Part shown: positions 42,635-53,030 of the stretch, one piece after another
How the letters are laid out: every line of letters begins with the position of its first letter
How positions within the stretch are numbered: position 1 is the first letter of the stretch
Assembly (NCBI GenBank): GCA_963664405.1
Contig: OY761158.1
Coordinates: 3,744,001 to 3,808,000, forward strand
Source: Thermoanaerobaculia bacterium
GTDB taxonomy: Bacteria > Acidobacteriota > Thermoanaerobaculia > Multivoradales > Multivoraceae
Reading direction: 5' to 3'
Length of the DNA stretch: 64,000 nt
Program-made: the position numbers and the translations under genes
Notes under the pieces: generated by a model
The model's input: only the letters and a program-made list of their open reading frames with translations
Told to the model about the DNA's origin: nothing
Database searches by the model: none

Positions 42635-43620
42635 AGCGGTACTCCGCTCCGCAAGAACCACTTCTCGACCGGTTTCGTTTTGCGACTTTGAATCGACCGG
42701 CGGCGCTCTCGGATGCTGTCGCGATGCCTCCAGAGCCAGCTGTATGCCCCGAGCGACGAGCGCTCGATTGCGAGAACGTAGCCTAGTGCGAGCAGGTCCC
42801 GGAAGAGGGTGAAGGGGAGGGTCCATACGAAGTTGAGTACGGTCTGGTGATAGAAGCGCAGCAGATAGCGATTGCGCAGCGAATTTCGATTCACCTCTGC
42901 ACTCATCTGTCGGCGTCGCGAGGGCAGATTGGAGCGTCGATGGGTGGCTTTGGCGGAGGGTTCGAAGACGACGTCCCAACCCCTCTCCTGAAGCCGAAAA
43001 CAGAGCTCCGCGTCCTCTCGGAAGGTGTGAAAGGTGTCGTCGAAGATGTTGCCGTCGATCGCTACATCTTCTAGCGCGGAGCGCAGGAAGAGCGAGGCGG
43101 CGCCGGTGGCTCCGAACACCTTCTGGCGTTGGAGGAACTGACCGCGATCCAGGGCGCCAGAGCCGCGATCGAAATGTCGCCAGGTGGGGCAGAGACGCAT
43201 GCCGCAGGCGTCGAGACGGGGGTCTTCAGTCGCGGTGGCCTGGCGGACGAGACGCCCGGTGACGCCGCCGATCCTCTGCCCTTCGAGGTCTTCGAGAGGC
43301 TTGATGAGGTTGCTCAGGTAGCTCGGCTCCGGGCGGGCGTCGGGGTTGAGCAGGAGCACCAGCGGCCCAGAGCTCTGGCGCAGGGCCTCGTTCATTCCCC
43401 CGGCGAAGCCCAGGTTCCGATCGAGAGGGATGAGGGTCGTCGGTAGCGTCGCTTGGCTACAAAGCCTGCGCGCGGATGCGACGCCCTCGTCACTGCTTGC
43501 GCAGTCGACGAGGGTGACGCCGATAGGTCGATAGTCGAGGTTCTCCACGGCCTCGAACCAGCTCGGGAGATCCTTGGCTGACTGGTGAGTGACGATACAG
43601 ATGTCCACCCGCGGTTTCAT
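42631..43620 (-). CDS. GT2 glycosyltransferase
   Basis: NLGFAGGMN, LNPD, REDAEL. Confidence 0.9.
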   Translation of the reverse strand: MKPRVDICIVTHQSAKDLPSWFEAVENLDYRPIGVTLVDCASSDEGVASARRLCSQATLPTTLIPLDRNLGFAGGMNEALRQSSGPLVLLLNPDARPEPSYLSNLIKPLEDLEGQRIGGVTGRLVRQATATEDPRLDACGMRLCPTWRHFDRGSGALDRGQFLQRQKVFGATGAASLFLRSALEDVAIDGNIFDDTFHTFREDAELCFRLQERGWDVVFEPSAKATHRRSNLPSRRRQMSAEVNRNSLRNRYLLRFYHQTVLNFVWTLPFTLFRDLLALGYVLAIERSSLGAYSWLWRHRDSIRERRRSIQSRKTKPVEKWFLRSGVPL

Positions 43621-43643
43621 GACTGGGCTCTAGCGCCGAGTGC

Positions 43644-44585
43644 TCATCGTAGTACTTCGCGGACGGCTCGCGGCCGGCGGAAGCCGGTCACGGCGCCGGC
43701 CGCCAAGGTGAGAAGGGCCGCGCAGGCTTGCGCTCGACTGGCCGCTCTGCGCGGTTGGCGGAAGGGCAGTAGCGCTATTCGCGCCAGCGCCGCCGCTGGG
43801 AGCATGGCGTGAGCGGCCGCAGCCCACCCGGCTCCGTGGTGTTTGCGCAGGTAGCGGGTCAGATTACGGTAGTAGGCCCACAAGAACGGACCGTAGCCAA
43901 GGCTGGCGACCGAGCTGCCGAGCTCGTGAACGAAGTGCGACCTTGGCCAGTAGCGAATCGGGTGCCCGGCGGAGACCAGTCGGGCTCCGAGATCGACATC
44001 CTCGAACCACGCCGGGTGGAAGCGAGTGTCCAGCCCTCCCAAGCTCTCCAAGAGTGAGCGGCGGATCGCCAGCGCGGCGGCGGCGGGTTGTTGCACGACC
44101 ACTCCCTCTTTCGGCTCGTGCCGGAGCAGCGGAACTCCCGGTAGGAAGAAGAGCTGCCGGAGCAAGCCCCACGCAGTTGGCAGCGGGCGGAGCTGCCAGG
44201 CGTATTGGGGACTCCCATCGTCGCCACTGAGTCGCGGCGCCAGGCCCGGCCAATCCCGGTGTCGGTCTAGCGCGTCGGCGAGCTCACCGACTGCGCCTGG
44301 CAGCGGCCGAACATCGGGGTTGAGCAGCATGACAATGGGAGCGGATGAGTGTTGGAGAGCGAGGTTGATGCCTCCGGCGAAGCCCAGATTACGGTCCGGG
44401 CGCAGAACCTTGAGGCCCGGGTGGGGCTCGAGCTCGAGATCTCGAGAGTTGTCGACCACGATGAGGGGGAAGTCTTCTTCGCCGGGCCACGCGGCGAGCA
44501 ACCGGTGCATCGATTCTCGAGCACTCCAGTGCACGACGAGCCCCTCCAGGCGCGGCGTGGCTGCAGCTGGCGGAGGTGTGCTCAT
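43644..44585 (-). CDS. GT2 glycosyltransferase
   Basis: VVDN, NLGFAGGIN, LLNPD, WFEDVD. Confidence 0.9.
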   Translation of the reverse strand: MSTPPPAAATPRLEGLVVHWSARESMHRLLAAWPGEEDFPLIVVDNSRDLELEPHPGLKVLRPDRNLGFAGGINLALQHSSAPIVMLLNPDVRPLPGAVGELADALDRHRDWPGLAPRLSGDDGSPQYAWQLRPLPTAWGLLRQLFFLPGVPLLRHEPKEGVVVQQPAAAALAIRRSLLESLGGLDTRFHPAWFEDVDLGARLVSAGHPIRYWPRSHFVHELGSSVASLGYGPFLWAYYRNLTRYLRKHHGAGWAAAAHAMLPAAALARIALLPFRQPRRAASRAQACAALLTLAAGAVTGFRRPRAVREVLR

Positions 44586-45517
44586 TCCAGGGCGCCGAGT
44601 CGTCGAATATCGCTTATGGGCAGCATGGGTGGGCCGAGTCCGGAGAAGTGGGGAAGGTGAAGTGGAACCTGGGCCAGACCGGCAAGGAGCCCTCGGGCAT
44701 GCTGATGGCGGCCTCGGGCGATGGCTCCTGCCAGCTCTCTGAGGTCACCGATGATGAAGAACGGCAGGCGCTGCCAGAAAGAGCGGCCGAGCAGCCGAGC
44801 GAGGACCAGATAGCGATTGCGATAAACAAGACGGTGTCGTTTCACCGGCGGGGCGGTCGTCGCGCCGCGGTGGAGACACACGGCTCGAGGCTCGCATCGG
44901 GCCCGGAAGCCGGCCGCACGAAGCCGGCAGGCGAGGTCTACATCCTCATAATATGACTCGAGAGTCTCGTCGAAGGGTCCTCTCGCGTCTTTGGAGAGAG
45001 CCGCTGCGTGCAGAGCCTCTCGCCGAAACAGCGCGGCCGTCCCAGAGACTCCGAAAATCTCTCTCTCGCTCGAGGGGGCCTCTTCGATAGGCCTGTGGTG
45101 ACCCAGTTGAACGGCCTGCCACCTGCGGTTCCAGGCGAGGCCGTAGCCATCGATTCTGCTGCAGTCGGCCTGGTCCAGATTGGTGCCTTGTACGGCCGCG
45201 AGCTCAGCTTCGGCACCGAGCGCCGCGGTGAGGGGACCAAGCCAGGGAGAGCGCACGATGACGTCGTCGTTGACGACTGCGACCAGAGAAGTCTCGGCTA
45301 CCCCGAGCCCAAGATTTGATGCCGCCGCAAACCCCAGGGACCGTGAAGTAGGCAGAGCCTGAGCTCCTAGCTCCCTGGAGAGAGTGGGTGCCGAGTCGGC
45401 AGGGTGAACGACGACGATGTCCAAGTGGTCGCCGCCGTCGTCCCGTAGTGCAGCCAGGCATTCGACCAGGAGGGGACTCCGTCCGAGTGTCGGCACCACT
45501 GCCGTCACCGACTCCAT
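44582..45517 (-). CDS. GT2 glycosyltransferase
   Basis: GFAAASN, VNDD, YYEDVD. Confidence 0.88.
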   Translation of the reverse strand: MESVTAVVPTLGRSPLLVECLAALRDDGGDHLDIVVVHPADSAPTLSRELGAQALPTSRSLGFAAASNLGLGVAETSLVAVVNDDVIVRSPWLGPLTAALGAEAELAAVQGTNLDQADCSRIDGYGLAWNRRWQAVQLGHHRPIEEAPSSEREIFGVSGTAALFRREALHAAALSKDARGPFDETLESYYEDVDLACRLRAAGFRARCEPRAVCLHRGATTAPPVKRHRLVYRNRYLVLARLLGRSFWQRLPFFIIGDLRELAGAIARGRHQHARGLLAGLAQVPLHLPHFSGLGPPMLPISDIRRLGALE

Positions 45518-47691
45518 GTCAACCTCACTCGATCGATAAGGATCCGATGTTTTTCGTCACTGGAGGGGGAGGGGGCTAGTACTTCGAGTATCAAGGGCTC
45601 TCCTGGGACCCAGGGAAGAGGCCCGAAGTGGTGCACTCCCCAATCTGTTGACACTCGGAAGAGACGGTGATCGAGCACTTGCTCGCCGGCCCTGACCACG
45701 AGTGTCATCGGCGGTCGCCGCCGCCGTAAGAAACGTGCTTCGACTTCGACGTCGACCTCAGCACCACCAGGCGCTACCGGAATCTCGATGCGCTCGCCCT
45801 CCGGAAGTAGCCAGGCGCCTCGATGTCTCCAGCGGTCGACCGTCCAGAGAGGAGGCTGGAGCTCGCCGCCGCTCTTGCGGACAAAGGCATCTTCCACCTC
45901 TACTCTGGTGGTTGGTGCGTGCGCGGCGGCGAGAATGAATGCTGAGGAGGCGACCAGAAGGCCGGTTGCTCCAAGGGCTCCCGCGCGCCATCTCTTTGCG
46001 GAGGGGAGCCACCACAATGCTGCGAAAGCGACGACCAGCAGGGGCCACCACAGCGCCGAGGTGCGCGGGCGTACATAGCTAGGGAGGAGGCGCCCGAGAT
46101 CCACGCCCAGCTGTGAGCCCAGATGCTCGGTGATGCGGCTCGTTCCGTCCGCGAGATTGTAGGTCCAGCCGGGTTGAACTGCCCATAACAGCCCGAGGGT
46201 CAGAGTCAGCGCCCATAGTGCCGGGATGAATATGCGGGGGAGGGCGCGGTGACGAGCCTCGAACGCCGGAACCAGCACCAGAGCGAGGAGGGGAAGGAAG
46301 ACCAGGCCATATCGAAAGGGCGGTGACCAGCCTCCGTACCATTCACTGCGTGGAGCGACAAAGGCGAGGTAGGGAAAAAGCAGCGCGCCGGTGTCGACCA
46401 AGAGAGAGTTCCGCCGCCGCACCAGGATGGAAACGCCCGGCACCAGGAGCAGCCAGATCGGCGCGGACGAAAAGAGGCCGAAGGCGCTATCGAGGAAGAG
46501 TCCCGTACTTCCCTGTAAATAGCCTTCAACGGGTCGACCAGTTGGGTTGAGCTCCTCGAGTCGATGGACTTTGAGCGGGTTGCCGAAACGGACCTGATTG
46601 TGGACCATGATGCCGCCCCCCGTAGCGCCGAGGATCACCGTCAGCAACAGAGTAGCGCGCCATCGGCGTTTGGAGTGGAGCCACAGCAGACCAAGCAGGG
46701 AGAGCGACAGCAGCATGAAGCGAATCTTGATCAAGGGTAGGGCGACGATCGGTAGTCCCACCGAGAGACCCTTTCGCCAACTCCACGACGAGGTGTCTCT
46801 GGCCGGAGCTCGCAAGGCGTCCAGGGCCAAGACGACGAGTAGGGCAGCGGGTACTTCGACCCAGAGTTGGGAGGAGTAGAGGAGCAGGGGTGGAACGAAG
46901 GCGAGGACTCCCCAGGCAAGCAGCACTTCACCGGGGGAGGACGCCAGGTAGTGTCGAGCGAGGCGCAGCGTCGCCCAGGCAAGAGCGGCGGTTATCGCTG
47001 CCATCATCGCCATTGCGCCGTACTTGCCGGCGACGAAGTAAGGGAGGGCCAGAAGGAGTGGAACCAAGAAGTTGTGGCGCGAGTAGATTTGGCCCGCCGG
47101 CCCGGTTGGGTCTCCGAGCTGGGGTCCGATCTCGCGATCCAGGAAGCGGCTGTAATCGCCCTGTTCGTAATTGTTGGTCAGGTCGGCGTCGAGATCGTAG
47201 GCCAGACTGTGGGCGATGAGAAGGTTGTAGGGCTCATCGCCGTCGGGCGGGCGGTGAGCGGTGGTCCAGGGGATCATCGCGACATAGACGAGGAATGGCA
47301 GCCAGAAGAAGATCGCAGAAGGGCGCGAGGGTAGCTGCGCACCCAACAGCGGCCGCAGCCGTACGAGGGTCCTAGCCACCCAATAGAAGAGGAACAGGAA
47401 GAATCCGGCTGCGAGGAGTCCGTCGGCCACCGCCAGACCGCTCTTTTGCCATAGCAGGGAGGCGACGACGAGAGCGAGAAGTCCGGCAGCGAGCGCTGCG
47501 CCCTCTCGATCGCGAAGGCGCTGGAGCTTGTTGAGGCGGATCCAGTTCTCGATTGCCAGGGCTCCAGCAACGATCGCAGGCAGGAGAGCGAGAGTGCTGC
47601 GCAGGCTTTCCGGCTCGCCCGCGGGCAGGAATCGGTAGAAGAGTGGTGAGCTCAGGACCAGGACGGCTGTTATCGAAGCTCTCGACTTCAT
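45505..47691 (-). CDS. Polytopic membrane protein, GT-C-like glycosyltransferase candidate
   Basis: Many TM segments; DGDEPY..AHSL..D.D loop; WYGGWSPPFRY. Confidence 0.65.
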   Translation of the reverse strand: MKSRASITAVLVLSSPLFYRFLPAGEPESLRSTLALLPAIVAGALAIENWIRLNKLQRLRDREGAALAAGLLALVVASLLWQKSGLAVADGLLAAGFFLFLFYWVARTLVRLRPLLGAQLPSRPSAIFFWLPFLVYVAMIPWTTAHRPPDGDEPYNLLIAHSLAYDLDADLTNNYEQGDYSRFLDREIGPQLGDPTGPAGQIYSRHNFLVPLLLALPYFVAGKYGAMAMMAAITAALAWATLRLARHYLASSPGEVLLAWGVLAFVPPLLLYSSQLWVEVPAALLVVLALDALRAPARDTSSWSWRKGLSVGLPIVALPLIKIRFMLLSLSLLGLLWLHSKRRWRATLLLTVILGATGGGIMVHNQVRFGNPLKVHRLEELNPTGRPVEGYLQGSTGLFLDSAFGLFSSAPIWLLLVPGVSILVRRRNSLLVDTGALLFPYLAFVAPRSEWYGGWSPPFRYGLVFLPLLALVLVPAFEARHRALPRIFIPALWALTLTLGLLWAVQPGWTYNLADGTSRITEHLGSQLGVDLGRLLPSYVRPRTSALWWPLLVVAFAALWWLPSAKRWRAGALGATGLLVASSAFILAAAHAPTTRVEVEDAFVRKSGGELQPPLWTVDRWRHRGAWLLPEGERIEIPVAPGGAEVDVEVEARFLRRRRPPMTLVVRAGEQVLDHRLFRVSTDWGVHHFGPLPWVPGEPLILEVLAPSPSSDEKHRILIDRVRLTWSR

Positions 47692-49424
47692 CGACCGAGC
47701 TCCAGTTGATAGGCGGTGAGCTCGAGCTCGCGAGGGACGCCGGGGAGCAGTCGGAGCTCGACCGAGTGTGCGGGTGCCACCGTTTCGAACTGCCAGGTTT
47801 GCCGATAGCGTTGGCCGAAGAAGGTGCCCGAGGCGTCTACCCAGGAAAGGTGGGGGCGCGGGGCGTGAAACCCCGGCATCGAGGCGAGATCAGAGCGTCG
47901 TGCTGCCCACTCTCCGGTGTCGACGCCGGTGCGTAGGGTCAAGAGCTGCTCCTCCGTGCTCGAAACCACGCGGAGCTCGGCCACCGGTGTTCCGTTAGGG
48001 ATCGTGGACGAGTTCGAGAGACTGGAGTCGAGGCTCACAGTCCTAAACCTTATGCCGGGCTCGAGATCTATTTTCCATGATACGACGGCGCCACCGAGCT
48101 GCTTCGGCCCCCTGGCAAGCAGGATCTGAGCGGGTGGTCGATGAGCCGCCAACGTCGCCGCGGCGAAGAGCGCAAGCGACATGCCCGCGGCAGTCCACTC
48201 CGGGCTCGCACTACGCTGCTGGCTCCAGAAATGGCAGAACCCGCCGCAGGCCAGGAATACGAGGGTGAGGATCAGGGGGCCAGCCCATCCGCTGGCGATC
48301 CCGGCGATCCCGACGATCCCGACGATGCCGAGAACCGCTTCGAGTGGGTCTTCCCTGAGCCAAGGGTACGCGGCAAGAATCGAGACCCCGACGCTCAGGA
48401 TTCCGATCCACCAAGCCTGCAAGGTGCTGAAGATGGTCGTTCTCGGCGTCGCCGAGAGTGCCGGCGTCGTCGAGAGTGCCAGTAGTGCGAGGGGTGCGGC
48501 GAGTGTCGCCCGGTCTGGGCTGTGGGCGGCGGCGGCGAAGACGAGACAGAGTCCTGCGAGTCTGTGGGCGGTGCTGCGGCGTGGCTCGATCAAGAGGATG
48601 GGGAGCAATACGAGGGCAGGCACGAGACCGCCAAGGGCGGCCTCGAGCCCTCGCGGCCCTCCGAGGGATGCCAATACGGCGACGACGGTCGCCCCGAGGC
48701 GGAGGGCTCCTCGGCCGCTGGCTACGGTTGCGCAGAGAAAGAGGAGTAGGCCTCGCTGCGGGCCGACGGCCACAGAGACGCTGAGGAGTGCACCGAGTGC
48801 GCCCCAGCGCAGCGCCAGGCCTCGACTTCCATCGGCGGCCACTGAGCCGGCGGCGAGGGCAAAGAGAGCGAGAGCGCTCGGGGCAGTGAATCCGGGTCCG
48901 ACAAGGAAGGCGGTAGATGCTGCGAGAAGAGCGGGAAACGAGCTCCAGCGTTGGGCCAGGAGGAGAGTAGAGCTGGCGGCGAGAGCGGCCCAGCCGCCGA
49001 CAGCGGTCGCGTCGAGGAGCGTGGGGGCCAGGAGATCGCCACTTCGGGTAAGCACTTGGACGCCGAGAAAAAGTGCAAGAAGTGCCGCGGTCGGCGGGGT
49101 CTTGCCGTGGGTCGGCCATCTTTCGGCGGCGACGATAAGAAGTGTTACTGCGAGCAGAACTGCGAGGGCGGCGGCGCGATCGGCCGTGCCGGGCAGAGCT
49201 AGGGGAACTGCCGCTATCAGCGTCGCGAGGCAGGCGAAGAGAAGGCCGATCCTGGTCGGCACTTGAGCTGCGGCCAACAGAACGGCGACTGCGAGCAGTC
49301 CCAGAAACGAGGCCTCGGCGGCGACTGTCGGCTGCTGGTGGTTGATGGAGATCACCCAATAGACCGATCCGGCGGCCAAAGGAAGAAACAGACGGGAAGG
49401 CTGGTCGAAGATGTGCGGTCTCAT
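47688..49424 (-). CDS. Hypothetical polytopic membrane protein
   Basis: Hydrophobic N-terminal region and a soluble C-terminal domain (G.DTGEWAARR); ATGA-coupled. Confidence 0.7.
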   Translation of the reverse strand: MRPHIFDQPSRLFLPLAAGSVYWVISINHQQPTVAAEASFLGLLAVAVLLAAAQVPTRIGLLFACLATLIAAVPLALPGTADRAAALAVLLAVTLLIVAAERWPTHGKTPPTAALLALFLGVQVLTRSGDLLAPTLLDATAVGGWAALAASSTLLLAQRWSSFPALLAASTAFLVGPGFTAPSALALFALAAGSVAADGSRGLALRWGALGALLSVSVAVGPQRGLLLFLCATVASGRGALRLGATVVAVLASLGGPRGLEAALGGLVPALVLLPILLIEPRRSTAHRLAGLCLVFAAAAHSPDRATLAAPLALLALSTTPALSATPRTTIFSTLQAWWIGILSVGVSILAAYPWLREDPLEAVLGIVGIVGIAGIASGWAGPLILTLVFLACGGFCHFWSQQRSASPEWTAAGMSLALFAAATLAAHRPPAQILLARGPKQLGGAVVSWKIDLEPGIRFRTVSLDSSLSNSSTIPNGTPVAELRVVSSTEEQLLTLRTGVDTGEWAARRSDLASMPGFHAPRPHLSWVDASGTFFGQRYRQTWQFETVAPAHSVELRLLPGVPRELELTAYQLELGR

Positions 49425-49445
49425 GGCTGCTAGACTTCGCCGTCC

Positions 49446-50729
49446 ATGCTTTCACGGGAGCTGCTGCGCCAGCGAATCGACGAAGTGAAGAGTCGCCTGG
49501 AGGGGCGAGGGGTCGAAGTGAGCATGCTCGATGATTGGACTCGTCTGGACGAGCAGCGTCGCTGTAGCCTGGTCGAAGTGGAGTCTCTCAAACAGAGTCG
49601 AAACGAAGCTTCGAAAGCGATTGGTGCAATCAAGCGCGCGGGGGGCGACGCCTCCGATGACATCGCCAAGGTGGCAGAGCTCAGGGGTGGCATCGAGTCT
49701 CTCGAGAGCCGAGTCGCCATCCTCGACGAGGAGCTCCGATTCATCGAGTTGCGGCTCCCCAACGTACCCGAAGATGACGTTCCCGTTGGGGCGGACGAGA
49801 GTGCCAATCGTGTTGAGAGAGAGGTTGGCATCGTACCCGTGTTTGATTTCGAGGTGAAGCCTCACTGGGACTTGGGTGTCGATCTAGGGATCCTCGACTT
49901 CGAGCGTGCGGCGAAGCTTGCCGGCGCGCGCTTTGTGATCTATAGAGGAGTAGGAGCTCGTCTCGAGCGAGCTTTGGCCGGGTTCATGTTGGATCTTCAC
50001 ACCACCGAGCACGGGTATACCGAGATCCTTCCTCCCTATCTGACCAACGACGACTCCCTCGAAGCGACCGGTCAGCTACCCAAGTTTGCCGAGGATCAGT
50101 TCCGTCTCGAGGGTACGCCCTACTGGCTGATCCCGACCTCCGAAGTGCCGTTGGCGAATGTACACCGAGGCGAGATCCTCGAGGAGTCGCAGCTGCCGCT
50201 GCGCTATACCGCCTTCACTCCCTGCTTTCGCTCCGAGGCCGGCTCATACGGGCGTGACGTTCGTGGGCTCATTCGCTTGCATCAGTTCAACAAGGTGGAG
50301 CTGGTTCAGTACACAACTCCGCAAGCGAGTGAGGCGGCGCTGCAAGAAATTCTGCGAAATGCTGAAGAAGTCCTCCGGCGTCTCGAGCTTCCTTACCGTG
50401 TCGTTACCTTGAGCCGTGGTGATATGTCGCTGGCTGCGGCGAAGACCATTGACTTGGAGGTCTGGTTACCTTCTCAGAAGCAGTACCGGGAGATTTCCTC
50501 TTGCAGCAACACGCGGGACTTTCAGGCGCGTCGCGGCAACATCCGCTACCGTCCGTCCGACGGTTCGAAGCCTCGGATCCTGCATACGCTCAACGGCTCA
50601 GGACTCGCGGTAGGGCGCACCTTTGTCGCGGTTCTCGAGAACTATCAGAGGGCCGATGGCTCTGTAGACGTGCCTGAGGCGCTGCGTCCCTACCTTGGTG
50701 GTTTGGAGCGCATCACCGGGTCGGAGTAG
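49446..50729 (+). CDS. serS: Serine--tRNA ligase
   Basis: LIPTSEV, FRSEAGS, GLIRLHQF, EISSCSN, TLNGSGLA. Confidence 0.98.
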   Translation: MLSRELLRQRIDEVKSRLEGRGVEVSMLDDWTRLDEQRRCSLVEVESLKQSRNEASKAIGAIKRAGGDASDDIAKVAELRGGIESLESRVAILDEELRFIELRLPNVPEDDVPVGADESANRVEREVGIVPVFDFEVKPHWDLGVDLGILDFERAAKLAGARFVIYRGVGARLERALAGFMLDLHTTEHGYTEILPPYLTNDDSLEATGQLPKFAEDQFRLEGTPYWLIPTSEVPLANVHRGEILEESQLPLRYTAFTPCFRSEAGSYGRDVRGLIRLHQFNKVELVQYTTPQASEAALQEILRNAEEVLRRLELPYRVVTLSRGDMSLAAAKTIDLEVWLPSQKQYREISSCSNTRDFQARRGNIRYRPSDGSKPRILHTLNGSGLAVGRTFVAVLENYQRADGSVDVPEALRPYLGGLERITGSE

Positions 50730-50760
50730 GCTCCATCTCCTAATCGGCTGGCGCCTGTGC

Positions 50761-50850
50761 GGAGGGGTGGCTGAGAGGTCGAAAGCACCGGTCTTGAAAA
50801 CCGGCGACCGTTAACGCGGTCCGTGGGTTCGAATCCCACCCCCTCCGCCA
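50761..50850 (+). tRNA. tRNA-Ser(TGA)
   Basis: Loop CTTGAAA, long variable arm, encoded CCA. Confidence 0.96.
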
Positions 50851-50989
50851 TTAACCTATTAAAATAGGTCATTTACATGGTATTCCGGCTCTTCTGGAAC
50901 CAGCCTGTCCGAGCTGTCGTTGCGCGTATGGCACACTTGTGGCACACTAACAGCCCGAGAGAGTCAGTCGATCCCGACGGTCAGCTGCC

Positions 50990-52192
50990 ATGCCGACGAT
51001 CCAAAAGAGGGTGCGTTTCCGGGCGAACATCAGCCAGGAAGGCACTCCTGTTGACTCTCGGAGCTTCCATCGGGAGTCCGCAGCGAGGACCTGGGCTAAG
51101 GGGAGAATCCAGCGCCTCGAGAAAGAGCTGGCCGGATCTCAGGTCTCCTCGCAGATCAAGCAGACGACCAGCTACCGGGTCATGGTTCGTCTGCGCGGCC
51201 ATCCCTTCGAGTCCGAGACCTTCCCGAAACTGCACGAAGCAAAGCGATGGGGGCAGCAAACGGAGACTGCTATCCGCGAGGGGCGGTTCTTCCGCACAAG
51301 TGAAGCCGATCGTCACACCGTGGCCGAGCTCATTGAACGTTTCGAGTCCGAAGTTCTATCGCTAAAGCCTGAATCGAGGCGAAGCGATCAGGAGGCCCAT
51401 TTGCGCTGGTGGCGGGCCGAAATTGGCGCGCGACGTTTGGCAGATGTGACACCAGCCCTTCTTTCGGAGCACCGATCGAACTTGCTCTCTGAAACTCGCA
51501 GAGGTCGAAAGCGTCGAAGTCCCTCCACTGCGAACCGCTACATGACGTCGCTGAGCCATGGTTTCACCCACGCGGCGCGCGAGTGGAACTGGATCTCGGA
51601 CAATCCCTTTCGCAAGCTCAAGAAGCTGCCGGAGCCTCGCGGCCGCGTTCGTTGCCTCTCGGAAACTGAGACCAAGCGACTCTTGGAGGCGTGCCAAGGG
51701 AGTCGAGACACCAGGCTCTATCCCCTCGTGGTCCTTGCCTTGTCTACTGGCGCGCGACGAGGGGAGCTCCTTGGGCTTCGGTGGGCCGACGTCGATCTCG
51801 AGAGGGGCATCGCCGTGGCTCACCACACCAAGAACAACGAGCGTAGAGCCCTGCCGCTTTCCGGCCAAGCACTGGACGTCCTACGTGATCTCGGGAAGGT
51901 GAGGCGTCTAGACACCGACTTGGTTTTCGCCGACCGCCGAGGAAGACCCTCCATCCCGCGGAAATCATGGGACAGAGCGGTTGAGGCCGCCGAGATCGAT
52001 GACTTCCGGTTTCACGATCTCCGCCACACCGCCGCCTCCTATCTCGCCATGAGCGGAGCGACGTTAGCGGAGATCGCCGAAGTCTTGGGGCACAAGACCC
52101 TGGCGATGGTCAAACGCTACGCCCATCTCACCGACCAACATACGAGCGAGGTGGTCGCCAGGATGAACCGGCGTTTTCTCTCGGGCCATTGA
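50990..52192 (+). CDS. Tyrosine recombinase/integrase
   Basis: TGARRGEL, TKN, FHDLRH, LGHK...KRYAH. Confidence 0.95.
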   Translation: MPTIQKRVRFRANISQEGTPVDSRSFHRESAARTWAKGRIQRLEKELAGSQVSSQIKQTTSYRVMVRLRGHPFESETFPKLHEAKRWGQQTETAIREGRFFRTSEADRHTVAELIERFESEVLSLKPESRRSDQEAHLRWWRAEIGARRLADVTPALLSEHRSNLLSETRRGRKRRSPSTANRYMTSLSHGFTHAAREWNWISDNPFRKLKKLPEPRGRVRCLSETETKRLLEACQGSRDTRLYPLVVLALSTGARRGELLGLRWADVDLERGIAVAHHTKNNERRALPLSGQALDVLRDLGKVRRLDTDLVFADRRGRPSIPRKSWDRAVEAAEIDDFRFHDLRHTAASYLAMSGATLAEIAEVLGHKTLAMVKRYAHLTDQHTSEVVARMNRRFLSGH

Positions 52193-52388
52193 CCCGCACC
52201 TGCCGGCGTCGCTCGAGCCAGTCGTTGAACTCGTCCATGTCGAAGAGCACGCGGCGCCCCACGCGGACAATGACTTTGTCGAGGCCGTTTTCGTCGGAGC
52301 GGTAGATCATCCAGCGGAGACTGGCCTCGGTGAAGGCCGGATTGGCATCGGCGATCTGCTTCACAGTCCGGAGCTTTTCGTAGTTCAT
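52128..52388 (-). CDS. Excisionase-like small DNA-binding protein
   Basis: FTEASLRWMI...NGL..VIVRVGRRVLFD...F.DWL; convergent with the integrase. Confidence 0.75.
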   Translation of the reverse strand: MNYEKLRTVKQIADANPAFTEASLRWMIYRSDENGLDKVIVRVGRRVLFDMDEFNDWLERRRQVRVNGPRENAGSSWRPPRSYVGR

Positions 52389-52713
52389 GGGGTCCTTCGG
52401 TTCGTTGTGAGATCTCCTCGAGAGGAAGATTATACTACGAATGTAGGAGATGTGAAGAGGCACGGTCGGCAGAGGCAGAAGAACGAAGGCCGCCGGCCCC
52501 GCTAGGGCTCGAATGAGATCTAATGCCTTCTCCTACGTCCATGGTACTTCTCTGATACTACGGATGTGAGAGAAGAGGTTGTTCATCTGAGCAGCGAGCA
52601 ATGCGATGTCATACGCGCCTCCGGCGCGCGACATCGCACAGCGCGATTCTCGCGCTGCGGGGGAGCCTTTTCGCAACCCTCACGGGTGCTCAAAGCCAGG
52701 GAAGGGGAGACCT

Positions 52714-53030
52714 GTGAGCTCCGGCCAGAGTGCTCTGCAGACCGAAGTGGTCTCGGTTCGTCTATCTCCGACCGAGCGGCAAACTCTCGACGAACGAGCG
52801 CGTCTGTGCGGGCAGCCCCTTTCGACCTATATGCGGAGTGTAGCGCTGGGGAGCATTCCCCGCGCTCGTCCCCACAAGCTCGAGCAGAAGCCATCTACCA
52901 CCTCGGGCGCATTGGCAACAACCTCAACCAACTCGCCCATAGCGCCAACGCCTACAGGCGCACGGCCGACTCCCGCCAACTTCAGGCGGCACTCGACGAA
53001 CTCCTCGCGACGATTCGTAGACACGCGTGA
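52714..53030 (+). pseudogene. mobC: MobC relaxosome protein, frameshifted
   Basis: RHH motif VSVRLSPTER...LSTYMR in one frame and LGRIGNNLNQLA in the next; shift near 52887. Confidence 0.8.

Noticed and set aside
48295-48330. 9-bp tandem repeat
   Set aside because: In-frame GIV/GIA low-complexity segment in a membrane protein.
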